DNA from: Rhynchopus sp. YZ270_cl-10
Taxonomy: Eukaryota
Length of the DNA: 64,000 nt
Direction of reading: 5' to 3'
NCBI GenBank assembly: GCA_964035575.1
Contig: OZ037843.1
Location: 310,001 to 374,000, forward strand
Every line of letters starts with the position of its first letter. Position 1 is the stretch's first letter. Both the position numbers and the translations under genes were made by a program. This document shows, piece after piece, positions 1 to 11,844 of the stretch. The notes beneath the pieces are model-generated. The model searched no databases. It was given only the letters and a program-made list of their open reading frames with translations, and had not been told where the DNA came from.

Positions 1-1644
1 GATGGCTGATGTGCTTGAGTCATCGACAGCTAACTCAGCAACACCGACGGTGGAGGAGGCGACACGTGTCGAGAGCTTCATGTGTGGTGACAACTGTGGT
101 GATGACTGCGATGACGACGCAGAGCTGCCACGTGCACTCGGTGACATATCTTGCAACGGACGCCTGGCACGTGCCTCTAACGATACAGGGCGCACACAGC
201 ACACAAACAAACCCCCAGACACACCCTTCAGTTCAAGTGCCTCCGTCTCACCCACAACACCACTGCACGCAGCACAGTCAGACGTCCACAGGTCAGAAGG
301 CACAGCAACAGCTCCAGGCGTGCATGTGCTCTCAAGACGTGACGCAATGTTGACGGTGTGTCCGAAGTAGTCTGTCCGTCCAGTGAGTGCGTTCTGCTCA
401 AGAGTCACAGGGCCGGTGTTGACACCAATGCGCACAGTGAGGCCACCCCACAGAGAGTCTTGTGGTGTGCAGATGGGGACCTCAAGCAGTGACGCAGGCC
501 AGTCTGCTGCAAGCAGCTTCTCGTGTACCTGCAGAGCAAAGTTGACTCCGTCCGCTGTTGTCTCGAAGGCAATCATGAAGGCGTCGCCAATGGTTTTTAC
601 CTCGTACCCACCAAATACTTGCATCACCTCCCTCATGACACGGTTGTGGGTATGCAACGCAGCGCCCATCCCGTCAGGTGCACACTCCCAGATCGACGTC
701 GAGGCACGGATGTCTGTGAACACAATCGTTGCTGTCCCACTCTCAAGCCCAGGTGGTGCCACAGATGTGTGCTGCACACCGTCCACCTCATCCTCCTCAA
801 ACAGCGCAGCAGGGAGGTAGGGGCGGTACTTCCGCAGGTTCTCCTCCAACGTCTGCAGCGTTGCGCGCATCTCCTCTGGGAGCAACGTCTCTTGCGCCTC
901 CAGCATGCGTGCCACGCCTTCCACGTCGTACCCAGCCAGGAGCGAGGCGATGTCCTGCACTGTTGCTATTGTACGCTGCATCGTTGCCTGCTCTTTCAGC
1001 ACACTGCGCGCAAAGCTACGTGTTGCGATGAAGTCTATCACGAAGACCTGGACTGCTGTGAAAACCCTACCGATGGACGGGTTCGGACAGGGCAGGTCTG
1101 TGCAACCCAGATTTCTTTCCAACATGCTACGTCTGCCAAACTCACCCTCCTGTGGATAGAGCCCTGGCAGGTCCAGCAGCCCAAACCTGTACCTCTCCTC
1201 CATCGACAGCACCGCCAGCCACACCACCACTGCCACCACGAGACCCACACTGTACGTTGCATCCACCTGCATCACGAGGAGGAAGTCCACTACGAGCACC
1301 AGGTTCGCCCAGAACTCACCGCCATACGTCCGTGAGTTCAAATCAGAAACCATGAAGACTGCTGCAAAGACGTACGCCAAGCCGACAATAGCTGCAGTGT
1401 TGAGTGGCACCTTGCATAAGGTAAGTGTTACCCCACAGATGCAGGTGGCGATGGCGACGGTGCGTGTCACCAGCTGCACAGGGACAGCCAGCACCAGGCG
1501 CAGGTCGCTGAGGCAGTAAAGTACGAGGATCACCAGCGGGACGACACTGAGCGTGAAGAACAGTGTCCGCTTCTGCAGCTGCACCCCGATGAGTGTCCCG
1601 TCCAGAGACAGCGCACTGTGCAGACATTGTGGAATGTGTTGCAT
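1..1644 (-). CDS. Multi-pass membrane class III adenylate cyclase (3' end runs off the window)
   Basis: My manual translation from ATG at 1644 gives MQHIPQCLHSALSLDGTLIGVQLQKRTLFFTLSVVPLVIL..., followed by hydrophobic helices, LEENLRKYRPYLPAALF, TIVFTDIRASTSIWE, EVKTIGDAFMIAF and RTDYFGHTVNIASRLES. The DNA is closely paralogous to 19763..21871 and 59165..61225. It is absent from the ORF track because there is no stop within the window. Confidence 0.9.
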   Translation of the reverse strand, partial: MQHIPQCLHSALSLDGTLIGVQLQKRTLFFTLSVVPLVILVLYCLSDLRLVLAVPVQLVTRTVAIATCICGVTLTLCKVPLNTAAIVGLAYVFAAVFMVSDLNSRTYGGEFWANLVLVVDFLLVMQVDATYSVGLVVAVVVWLAVLSMEERYRFGLLDLPGLYPQEGEFGRRSMLERNLGCTDLPCPNPSIGRVFTAVQVFVIDFIATRSFARSVLKEQATMQRTIATVQDIASLLAGYDVEGVARMLEAQETLLPEEMRATLQTLEENLRKYRPYLPAALFEEDEVDGVQHTSVAPPGLESGTATIVFTDIRASTSIWECAPDGMGAALHTHNRVMREVMQVFGGYEVKTIGDAFMIAFETTADGVNFALQVHEKLLAADWPASLLEVPICTPQDSLWGGLTVRIGVNTGPVTLEQNALTGRTDYFGHTVNIASRLESTCTPGAVAVPSDLWTSDCAACSGVVGETEALELKGVSGGLFVCCVRPVSLEARARRPLQDMSPSARGSSASSSQSSPQLSPHMKLSTRVASSTVGVAELAVDDSSTSAI

Positions 1645-2506
1645 ATGGGAAGGGAGTGTCTGGGGATGTGGTGTGTGGGGTATGGGAGCTCAGCTGGGAA
1701 TGCACGGCACTCTAAATAAGTGGGGAGGGATGTCTGTTTGTGGCGTTATTTTTTTTTTTTTTTTTTTTTTGTAGGGGATTTGCTTCCAAAAACCCAGTGC
1801 TTGCTTGCTTTGCTTATTCCGCAAACCCGTAAACGGGTTTGCTTTATTGGGCTTCAGATCATCAATGCATAGTGCACACCACGCCATTTGGTATACATTC
1901 ACAGTGCGCACTGCATAATGTATGTGGTCTGTGGGGGCAACTGCAAAACCCTCTTTTTCCCTTTTTTTGTTGTGTCGACAATCACCTGCTAGTGCAGGAT
2001 CTGTACTCAATGTCGCCCGAAGGCAAGTGTACTTAGAATATACGAAAGTCGTCGTTTTTTTTTTTTTTTTTTTTTTCCCTCCTGACTTTTTCTCGTTTTT
2101 GGTTGTGTCGACAATCGCCTAAGGACCCGCTTGAAAGCACCCCACTCCTTCCCGTTTATTTTTGCTTTTTATATCAGAGTGTACGTAATTATTTTTTGGT
2201 TTGTTTTAGATAAAATATGGCTGAGTCCGGCCATGCAAAAGAAAGAGCAATTTTCCAAGACCAAAATTGTGTATGGTGGCTTAGTATTTGACACGTTTGT
2301 TTAATAAATTTATACTTGGGAACGCCCCGGAAAAGTTCTGGGGTGTGGCCAAGAATTGAATAATCATGAAGGGAAAAAGAGAAGTTGAAAGTGCAAACGC
2401 CTCACCGTTCATCGGCGCGACGCAGGCACTGCAAAAAGTAATGTTCCACTTAAAGAAAAGTTTTGTAAGATGATCCTAAGCCTCTCGTGCTTAGTCACCT
2501 TGCTTG

Positions 2507-2773
2507 AACCATGGGGAGTATCCAAATCTAGATCTAGGTGATTCCTGATTTCTCAGATTTCTCAGATGTTCCACGAAATTACAGGGGTTTTCCAGGTACT
2601 CCGGGTAAATTACAGGTTCGTCTGCAGGGCACTTAACGCGCTTTTTTCAGAACGGCAAAACACAGCCGTCCACTCGCTATTAAAAACCCGAATTCCATAA
2701 ATTTCCAGATCCGGAATACCTGCAATTTTTCTGAAATTACCTGGAATCTGGATCCGGAAACTACCCCATGGTT
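2507..2773. mobile_element. Small putative MITE with short inverted ends
   Basis: AACCATGGGG at ~2507 and CCCCATGGTT at ~2764-2773, with further imperfect inverted similarity just inside; no clear TSD. Confidence 0.35.
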
Positions 2774-5362
2774 TAGAGTTAAACACAAAGAAGTGGAGAT
2801 TGCAACAACTGTGGCTACACAAACTGAGGCAACTACACTACAACAAGTTATCAAAGACAATAATAATGCGGGTTAGATATTAGCTAGGTGTCGGTGTCAG
2901 AAAAGAGCAGGGGAATTAAAAAGTTTCGATAAAAATAGATTCAAACCTGGTTGCGAATAGGTAAACAAAAAAAGGGGGTTTATTTGAAGATAATTGAATG
3001 GTGCTTTTCGGAAGTCGGTCAACGACCTGTCAGCGACCTGTCAATATCGACCCCTCCCGCGCGCAGCACCATTGAAGCAGAAATTTAATTTCTGGTATTT
3101 TTTTTTCCAGGGGAGGAGTGTGGACGTACGGCACAATTGGTGTTTACGAAAACATTCGTGTCACTTTTCAATTCAGAGAAAATTTCTCACTTTGTTTTTT
3201 TTCGTTTTGGACCAGGACCGGGAATTGACCTGGACCCTGACCAGGACCAGGACCCAAGGGACCGGGAACCCGGCTTATTCTCTGCTGTGGTGGGGGGTAG
3301 GAGGACCCCTCCCTGAAGGTTCTTAGTAGTATACAGATAGTGCTTTGTTTTGTTTTTGTTTTTGTTTTTGTTTTGCTTTTTTTTTTTTTGTGCTCCTCTC
3401 AACCTCAAACTGCAGCCGGAGAGCCATCTCTTCACGAGGTATCATGGCCAGCCTTCATCACATACACTAGAGTGAAAAGGAAATACCCTCCCTTCTTTTA
3501 TTTATTCGTTGTTTGCTGTTTGTTGATCGCATCCATCCAAGAAGGGGAAAACGGTAAACACTCCTGGCAACCGAAGAGCGCGTCTTTCATTTCCAGACGG
3601 ATTGCTTACTCTTTTGTTTGTGCGCTCAAAGCCGGGAAAACAAAAAGGTGAAAAAATGTGTTAAACTGAAGTACGGTTGTTGTGGCTAATTGAGTACTCA
3701 AAGATAACAAGCAAGCTTCTGTTTTTTCCAATCCGTTTTGTTTGCCCTGCAGCGCTGCCTCCAATCTTTTTAGAATTGACAACAAGTTGTTTTATCAAAA
3801 AAGTTATTTCATATACTTTATTTTCTCGTACAAAAAAAGGAAATGGCTTTGAGTAGCTTTCCTCTTTGTGGTGCTTCACCGTTGTAAGACCAACGGTGGA
3901 AAATTGAAACCCGTACACATCCTACTTTTCCTTTTTTAGCAGACACCTCCTAACTGAACTTCGTGCAAGAAAACAAGAAAACAAGAAAGGGGGAAAGGAG
4001 GGGGATATAAAACATAAGAAATTCGGCGCAAAAAAAACAATCACCGAAAAAAGAAAAAAAAAAAAAAACGAAAAAAGAAAAAAGAAAAAATGAAACCGCC
4101 GAGTTAATCAGCAGTGCAGTAGGGGGATGGTGGACTGTATTGTGGTAATCCCATCACAATGCATGAAACACATCAACACCGCTGTAGTGCGATTATGTTT
4201 ATTTTTAATACGTAACAGTAAGACAACAATCGGGGGTAACATAACCCTAGTTTTTTTTTTGAAAATCCCAAAAATCCACCAAAGTTTTTTACCCCCCACC
4301 TTGTTGTCTTGCTGTATTATGATGGGCAATTAGCACAATGCAGTCACCTCTGGTAGATGAAGGGTAGCCAAGGAAAAGGCCACAGAGGTGGGGAAAAAAG
4401 TGACGGTATTAATGCAGGCACCGACTGACCCACGTACGATGCCAGTTGGATGAAAGCCTTTAGGAAACAAAGAGACAGAAGAAAAGAAGAAAAGAAAGCG
4501 AATAAAAAAAAAAAACCGAAAAAACAATGTTTTTCTGTTGGGGGGTGGGGAGAATAAAACAGTTACAAGAAAAGGTCCTGCGTCGGGTTTCTTTTTGTTA
4601 CAAAAAAGGGGGGGTATGTGCCCGACGGATTGGGTCAATTGGATTTACGAGAAGCACTACAGTGAGTCGGAGGGGAACAGAAGGAGTAGGGCCACTCACC
4701 CACCCCCCCTTACACCACTCTCACGCGAAGGAGTACCAAAGGACAAAAAAAGTTTATAAGATGAACCTAAGCCTCGCGTGCTTAGTCACCTTGATCACAA
4801 TCGATATCTCAAAATTAAATTATTTCATGTACTTTCTATTCTACTGAATAGAAGGTATAATAGGGTCCAATCCGTTATCTCAAAATAAATCAAAAAAGCA
4901 CAGAAAAAAGGTGTCATAAAAAAATACAAAAATCCCTCTCTTCGACCGTATACGTTGGCATGTAACAAAACACCGGGAAGGGGGGAAGGGTCTTTCAACC
5001 CTTCTTTATTTTGTGTCGACAACAAAAAACACCAAAGAAGGATGGGGGGAGTGATTTTGTCTATCCATCTGAAGGGGGGGGGGGAGAAAAGAAGCCATTA
5101 ATAAAACTCTGACCTTTTTTTATTACTTTATTTTTATGTTTTAAATGGTGTGGCACCGGTCCAAATTCCCCGTGGTTCGCCCGTATGTCTCCCGTGGTAT
5201 GCACCAGGCTGGGGGGTACCCTGTTTTATTTTTTTTTCCGGGTTTGCGGGAATGTGAAGGAAAACGCTGGCATTTGCATTTTTGAGCCAATCCCAGGAAG
5301 TGGTGGGGTCATTTTGCAGAAATGGCCAAGTTGTTGACCTATAGAAAAAATTCACTGTACAA

Positions 5363-5569
5363 TACACTGTACACACTGTACACACTGTACACACTGTACA
5401 CACACTGTACACACTGTACACACTGTACACACTGTACACACTGTACACACTGTACACACTGTACACACTGTACACACTGTACACACTGTACACACTGTAC
5501 ACACTGTACACACTGTACACACTGTACACACTGTACACACTGTACACACTGTACACACTGTACACACTG
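5363..5569. repeat. Tandem repeat (CACACTGTA)n, 9-mer
   Basis: Directly visible, near-perfect array. Confidence 0.97.
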
Positions 5570-5598
5570 CGATAATTGATTAATGCGATAATTGTGAG

Positions 5599-5912
5599 TA
5601 TACACAGTATACACAGTATACACAGTATACACAGTATACACAGTATACACAGTATACACAGTATACACAGTATACACAGTATACACAGTATACACAGTAT
5701 ACACAGTATACACAGTTACACAGTATACACAGTATACACAGTATACACAGTATACACAGTATACACAGTATACACAGTATACACAGTATACACAGTATAC
5801 ACAGTATACACAGTATACACAGTATACACAGTATACACAGTATACACAGTATACACAGTATACACAGTATACACAGTATACACAGTATACACAGTATACA
5901 CAGTATACACAG
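5599..5912. repeat. Tandem repeat (TATACACAG)n, 9-mer
   Basis: Directly visible array with a single 1-bp deletion near 5716. Confidence 0.97.
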
Positions 5913-5922
5913 GGGATTGGGA

Positions 5923-6344
5923 GTACAGTACAGTACAGTACAGTACAGTACAGTACAGTACAGTACAGTACAGTACAGTACAGTACAGTACAGTACAGTA
6001 CAGTACAGTACAGTACAGTACAGTACAGTACAGTACAGTACAGTACAGTACAGTACAGTACAGTACAGTACAGTACAGTACAGTACAGTACAGTACAGTA
6101 CAGTACAGTACAGTACAGTACAGTACAGTACAGTACAGTACAGTACAGTACAGTACAGTACAGTACAGTACAGTACAGTACAGTACAGTACAGTACAGTA
6201 CAGTACAGTACAGTACAGTACAGTACAGTACAGTACAGTACAGTACAGTACAGTACAGTACAGTACAGTACAGTACAGTACAGTACAGTACAGTACAGTA
6301 CAGTACAGTACAGTACAGTACAGTACAGTACAGTACAGTACAGT
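5923..6344. repeat. Microsatellite (CAGTA)n
   Basis: Directly visible perfect 5-mer array of about 420 bp. Confidence 0.98.
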
Positions 6345-6350
6345 CTGTAG

Positions 6351-6984
6351 CAGGGTATTAGGGTGGTTAAAAAAACTGGTTTTGAAAACCAGTTTTTCCA
6401 AAAACTGGTTTTCAAAAAAAAAAAAAAAACAGAGAAATCTGGAGGGGAAAAAAAAACCGACATTTTTCACCAGGACTTTCTGTAAATGTCGTCCCCAGAT
6501 TAGGGCGGACTCGATTTTTTCCCCCGCATTTTTTCCCCGCCTGGTAGAACCGTGGTTGAACCACGGGAGTGCCTTTGGGAAATGGCTGTTCCTTGATTTT
6601 TTTTTTGCCTGCGGCGCCATTTTTCATTTTTTGCTCCGCAAAAAAGGGTTCGTTTGAGTGGCTCTGTGGTGTAAAAAGCTAGATTTTTACACCGTACCCT
6701 CAAAAATTTTCGCCTGCGGCGCCATTTTATATTATTTTTTTGCCCCGCAAAAAAATACAGTCCCTATGTTCCCAATGTCTACCCTGGGTCAGCAGCGCCG
6801 AAAAATATTTCGAATCTGGATTCCTGGATAAGACACTGACCCCACCCCCGAAAAACCCGAAAAAGGTGACTGTGTCCGTCAACGGTGGAGGTTTTCGCCG
6901 GAAACACTAGTTTTCGCCACCCAGGAGAGAAAACCAGAAAAACCAGTTTTTTCCGGAATTTTGGATTTTCACCCTAATACCCTG
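6351..6984. mobile_element. hAT-type MITE
   Basis: Perfect 15-bp TIR CAGGGTATTAGGGTG / CACCCTAATACCCTG and perfect 8-bp TSD GTCTGTAG (6343-6350 and 6985-6992). Confidence 0.92.
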
Positions 6985-7328
6985 GTCTGTAGGGGTTGAA
7001 AAAAAAATTTACCCGAGAAAACCACTTTTTTGGGATAATTCAGCGCATTAGAAAATTTTGCGACCCCGCTCGGTTAGAACCGTGACTCTGTGTGACCCTT
7101 ACCACCGTGAGAGTAAACACCAAAAAACGGGAAAAATAAAAATAAAAAGGGGTACCCCCTCCAAATTCCCCGTGGTTCGCCCGTATGTCTCCCGCGGTTG
7201 TACCGCGTACAACGGTTCACACCATTAAATTTACCTTTTTTTAGAGACTCAAAGCCGGAAAACAAAACGGTGGAAAACAAAAATGTGTTAAACTGAAGTC
7301 CGGCTGTTGTGGTTAATTGAGTACTTAA

Positions 7329-8726
7329 CCCTTTACGGACCACGACCGATTTTTTCGATTTGCTAGGATCTTCTCTCCCGTAGGTAAAATGTGATCTGAT
7401 GCATATTTTTGATCGTACCTGGCCGCAATTGAAAGATTTTGAGCAGATCTTTCAAATGGAGCAGAAATCGAAATAAAATGAGAAAAATGGAAAATGGAAA
7501 ATTGAGGAGAGCTGATATTTTTTTCTGAAAATTTTGAAGAAAAAAATTATTCCGGCTGCGCACCTGTTTTTTCGGTTTTCGAAAATGGCTTTATTTGAAA
7601 GATCGGTTCAAAATCTTTCAAAAGAAAAAAAAATCGATCAAAAAGTCCTAGTAGATAATGTCTCACTGCATGGAGAGAAGGTACCAACCAACTACATATA
7701 CCGTAATTGTACAGAGGTTGGACAGTACAAAAGTTGGGGCTTTTGGGACTTTTGGCCAACTTGGCATGGTGCTGAACAAAGGTGAACGCCGCATCCCACG
7801 CACATGTAATCTGTTTTCAGACGCCTGTTTCCCAAGCAAGAAGAAGTTGTCGACCAACACCCTCCTGCCAGTGTCTCTGTACCTTGACCGTGTTGATATA
7901 GATTTTGTACCCCTCCCTGTGGCTTTCCGTACCCTCCCGCCGAAATTTCGAAGGGACCCTCCGAAAAAATTTTTTTTGGTCGGTCCAAAAACGGTCTAGA
8001 TTGCCCCATGCGTGGCATTCCGGGCAATTTGAGGGCAATTTGGCGTGCAAGAGCCATGTGTGGGGCACCATGTGCCCCCATGCTGCACCCCTTATACAGG
8101 GTTTTTACAGGCAAAAAATGAAAAACGACAGTCGGGCACAAAAAGCCACGGATCGGGGCACAAAGTTACATCCCACCCTCCCTTGGCCCTCGGGACTCCT
8201 TTCGGGAGGTCAGGGCTTCCCTCGGGCCTTCGGCCCTCGGGGAGCCCTGACCTCCCTCAAGGGTCCCTCGGGCTTTGGCGGGAGGGAGGGAAATAACCAT
8301 TCTGTGCAATGTTCCTCAAAAGACAAAATGCAATAAATACACGGAGAAGAGGCACATCCAGTTCAGGGTCAGGAACTGCAACTACGCGTGTTACTTTGCC
8401 CAGTCGCGGGTATTTTCCATTATTTTAGTTTCGTTCTGAAGACCGTACAAAATGGTTCCCTGCACACCAAAGTTTGAATCCTCTGATGACTCAAGCGCGT
8501 CAGAATGGTACATATTCCCCAAAAAATGACCCAAAATACCCTATTATGTGATAATGCCGGGTGTGGATGAGAGGGGATGAGAGCGTCAAAAAAAATCGAA
8601 TCTTGCGTCTTTTGAAAGATTTCGCACAAAATCTTCTCATTAAAAAAAAAAATCTTCAAAAAGTCCTAGTGGAAGCCAATTTAGGTGGTTGCGTGGACAT
8701 ATATGTCCCCTCTGGTCCTTAAAGGG
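7329..8726 (-). mobile_element. Internally deleted piggyBac element
   Basis: TTAA TSDs at 7325-7328 and 8727-8730; TIR CCCTTTA(C/A)GGACCA. The residual minus-strand peptide RRLKTDYMCVGCGVHLCSAPC resembles the piggyBac C-terminal Cys-rich domain. A paralogous empty site lies at ~3620-3790. Confidence 0.9.
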
Positions 8727-8839
8727 TTAAAGAAATAAGCAAAGTTTCTGTATTTTTTTTTTCTCCAATCCGTTTTTGTTTGCCCCACGCTGCCTCCCAA
8801 TCTTTAGAATTTGACAACAAAGTTGTATCATTTTTTACT

Positions 8840-10501
8840 CTATTTTCTGGGTCGCAGATACATCTGCAGACCGTCCAACCCAGTTGACAGATCTTTTACA
8901 CACATTGTCACCTTCGCCCCAAAGGAAACATTCTCCTCAGCCACCACCTCTGGGGTAAAGTTCTGCAGCAGCATCGTTGCGACCAAACTCATTTCGTATA
9001 ACGCCATGTCTTTGCCGAGACAGAGCCGCCTCCCGGCCTTGAACATCGGAAACTCATATGGGCTTGGCTGCGTGAACGGAATCCACCTCTCCGGTTTGAA
9101 CGTATCTGCGTCTTCTCCGTACACCTTCTTATCTCTGCCCATGGTGTAGCACGCAATCAACACTCTTGTCCCTCTGGGGACATTTACTCCATCTGGGAGA
9201 ACATCATCCTCCTTCGATGTAACGCTAATCGCAGGGACTACCGGATGCAGACGAAGCACCTCCCAGATGCATCCCCTGAGGTACGGAAGATCCTGGAAGT
9301 CATCGTGGGTAGGCACCGCACCCTGCAGGGTCGCGTCCAGCTCAGCAATGAGAGTGTTCAAAACGGCTTTGTTTTGTTCCCTCCCAAGCTCAAAGAAAAG
9401 CCAGGAGAGCGTGCACGCTGTGGTGTCCCGACCGGCAATCAAAAAGTTTTTGATCAGATCCCTCATATGAACGTCAGTAAGATGCACACCACTTTCCCCA
9501 GATGCCCGCATCCGGAGGAACAATGTGAGCAAATCGTTCTCCGTCGCCTCGGAGTGGCCGTTGTTGAGGGCAGCCTGCTTTTCATCAATCAACCTTTGTG
9601 TGTATGAGTCCAACAATGCCACATTGCGACGTAGCTCCGTATGAACCGGGCAGGGCCGCTCAATAAGGTACTTCTGCACAACATCGCCAATCCAGCGAGG
9701 AAGCGCTTCGCGCACCATCAATGATTTGACGTGGGTGGCGATGAACAGAAGGACCTGGTTGTGTGCGTTGTCGAAGGCGCTGCCAAATCCGGTGTCGGAG
9801 CCGTCAAGGTTGCCGAGAGGCGCGCCAAATGCAATTTTCCCGAAACAGTCCATCGTCAAGGCGTGCATCCAATGTTGGAAATCCACCGGAATATCTCCAT
9901 TTGCGCCGACCTTCTCCTTCAGGATTGTGATCAGTTCGTTGGTGTGTGTCTGGAAGACCTCCTGATAAAAGTTTTTGAAGAGAGACCTCGTAAAAATCGT
10001 CGCCGCAGTACGCCGCTGGGTGTGCCAGAGGTGGCCGTTATCCTTCGGGAACTCCGACCCCTTTCCGTGGTCAATTGTGAAGATTCCGGTGCCTAACCAA
10101 TCGACAACGCTGCTGAAGAAGCGGCCACCGATAGCGCTCTTTGCCCAAATATCAAATTTATCGGATAAAACGTGTTTGACCATGGCAGGGTCGGATGTGA
10201 TTAGCTCGTTGCCAGCTCCGGCAAGACCTGGAAGGAAGAGGGGCGAGAAGATGCGGTAGCTGGCCTGGCCCTTTGTGCAGTAGAGGCCAATGTTGCGTTG
10301 GTGCATGAGATGCAGACGGCCGTGCCATTCACGGCGTTCCAGCATGTTGCCCCAAGGGAAGATCGTGGCGGGTCCGTCATATACGGAGAGGATGTGCATG
10401 TTCTTCCGTTGCCGCAGATAGACGGATACAGCTTTGCAAATAATCGATAAAAGCAACAGGGCGGACAGTGCGCCTGCTCCCAGACACAGAGTGGAGAGCA
10501 T
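8840..10501 (-). CDS. Cytochrome P450 (CYP86/CYP704-clan-like)
   Basis: 553 aa with an N-terminal membrane anchor, I-helix AGRDTT, K-helix EVLR, PERW and heme-binding FKAGRRLCLG. Confidence 0.95.
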   Translation of the reverse strand: MLSTLCLGAGALSALLLLSIICKAVSVYLRQRKNMHILSVYDGPATIFPWGNMLERREWHGRLHLMHQRNIGLYCTKGQASYRIFSPLFLPGLAGAGNELITSDPAMVKHVLSDKFDIWAKSAIGGRFFSSVVDWLGTGIFTIDHGKGSEFPKDNGHLWHTQRRTAATIFTRSLFKNFYQEVFQTHTNELITILKEKVGANGDIPVDFQHWMHALTMDCFGKIAFGAPLGNLDGSDTGFGSAFDNAHNQVLLFIATHVKSLMVREALPRWIGDVVQKYLIERPCPVHTELRRNVALLDSYTQRLIDEKQAALNNGHSEATENDLLTLFLRMRASGESGVHLTDVHMRDLIKNFLIAGRDTTACTLSWLFFELGREQNKAVLNTLIAELDATLQGAVPTHDDFQDLPYLRGCIWEVLRLHPVVPAISVTSKEDDVLPDGVNVPRGTRVLIACYTMGRDKKVYGEDADTFKPERWIPFTQPSPYEFPMFKAGRRLCLGKDMALYEMSLVATMLLQNFTPEVVAEENVSFGAKVTMCVKDLSTGLDGLQMYLRPRK

Positions 10502-11061
10502 GGTGTGTTTTTTTTATGGTGTGTTTATGTGGTGTTTTTGCTTCTGTTGTGGTGTGGTGTGGGGAAGAGAAAAAGGTTCGGGGGGAAACAGTCGCTTGAA
10601 GGGAATTTGGGGTGGCGACAGGGGGGGTGTGGAAAAAAATATTCACAAAAAATATTTTCAAATTCTGTCGATCACAAAAATTCACAAAAATTCACAAAAA
10701 ATCACGAAAAATCACAAAAAATCACAAAAGTGTACCGTTTTGGGCCGCTGTAATTCAATGTTTGTTTGTTTGTTTGCTTATGTGTGTGTGTGTGTGTTCA
10801 GGTTTGAGACCTGACCGTGGGGGAAAGGATATGGCATGTGAAAACAATTTGGAAAAATCGTCGCCAACAAAAGAACAAAATTACCCTAAAAAAAGTTGAC
10901 TTAAAGTACAAACCTCCGAGAGCTGTGTATTAGTGCATCCCGCGGACACTGCCCACCCCCTTACAGTACCCCCTTTCCCCCCCCCAAAAATAATAGCCTT
11001 TTGGAATCTTCATCACTCTTTCTTACCCCCTGCTCCCCCCCTCAATAATAAAGGCCATTTG

Positions 11062-11583
11062 TCACTCACGCACCGACTGCGAGATCTGTCTTGCTCTGTT
11101 CTGCTGCAGCTCGCGCTCGATCTGGCTGAGGATCTTGTCGGGCACTTTATTGTCGTTTCGCACACCAGAGGTCGCGATCTTGATGTGCTTTATGGTGTGG
11201 TTCTGGCGTGCAAGCCTAAGCAGCTCCTTTCCACTTGCGATGTACAACCTATTATTCAACAACGACAATGTGTGCAGGGAAGGATGGTGCAACAGATGCG
11301 CAACAAGCTCCTTCACGTTGTCCGACGTTAAGTAGTTGTCACTCAGGTCCAGCTCTTGCATCTGCGGCGCTGCAGCCAGCACAGAGACGAGACACGTAAA
11401 CCCATTGTCCGTCCCCGTATAGTTGGACGCCAGGTCTAAGGACGTCAAATCGGCAGCACCTACGTTGAGCGTTGTGCAGAGTTTGCTGTTCGCCTTCGCA
11501 CCGTGCTTGTGGCAGTTCCCAATGTACAAGTGCTGCAGGTTCTGTGTTCGGCGCACATCCTTCACTTCACCCACAACAGACAT
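11062..11583 (-). CDS. Small leucine-rich repeat (RNI-like) protein
   Basis: LRR motifs LTSLDLASNY, MQELDLSDNYL and LHTLSLLNNRL; the likely ATG is at 11583 (MSVVGEVK...). Confidence 0.8.
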   Translation of the reverse strand: MSVVGEVKDVRRTQNLQHLYIGNCHKHGAKANSKLCTTLNVGAADLTSLDLASNYTGTDNGFTCLVSVLAAAPQMQELDLSDNYLTSDNVKELVAHLLHHPSLHTLSLLNNRLYIASGKELLRLARQNHTIKHIKIATSGVRNDNKVPDKILSQIERELQQNRARQISQSVRE

Positions 11584-11844
11584 CACCTCACAGATATTTT
11601 TTTTTTGTGCCAATCAACGATGGAAAAAAAAAAATGCTCGAGAGACTCGCTACTCTTTGCTTGTTGCTAAAAGGGTAAAAACGGGAAAAATTAGGGTTTG
11701 TTGTTCGCTTCCACAAAAAAACAAACTCAAAGAATGTGGTTGAGTGCTGAGAGAACCTACAGCTCGATGCTAGGGACGACGTGTACGAGACAACCCCTCT
11801 CCTCTGATGATCCGCTAACACTGCCCTGGACACAATACAACAGT

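Larger units (their letters stand above)
5147..7223. mobile_element. Putative non-autonomous DNA transposon enclosing the satellite
   Basis: Imperfect inverted ends GGTGTGGCACCG / CGGTTCACACC, flanked by TTTAAAT / ATTAAAT. A ~34-bp subterminal direct repeat CCAAATTCCCCGTGGTTCGCCCGTATGTCTCCCG occurs at ~5161 and ~7161. Confidence 0.45.

Noticed and set aside
2..1355. Plus-strand ORFs overlapping the first cyclase (and equivalents at 19.8-21.5 kb and 59.2-60.9 kb)
   Set aside because: They are antisense shadows; the real frame is on the minus strand.
5134..6657. Long ORFs (YSV, CTVLY, STVQY repeats)
   Set aside because: These are artefacts of stop-free satellite units, open in many frames on both strands.
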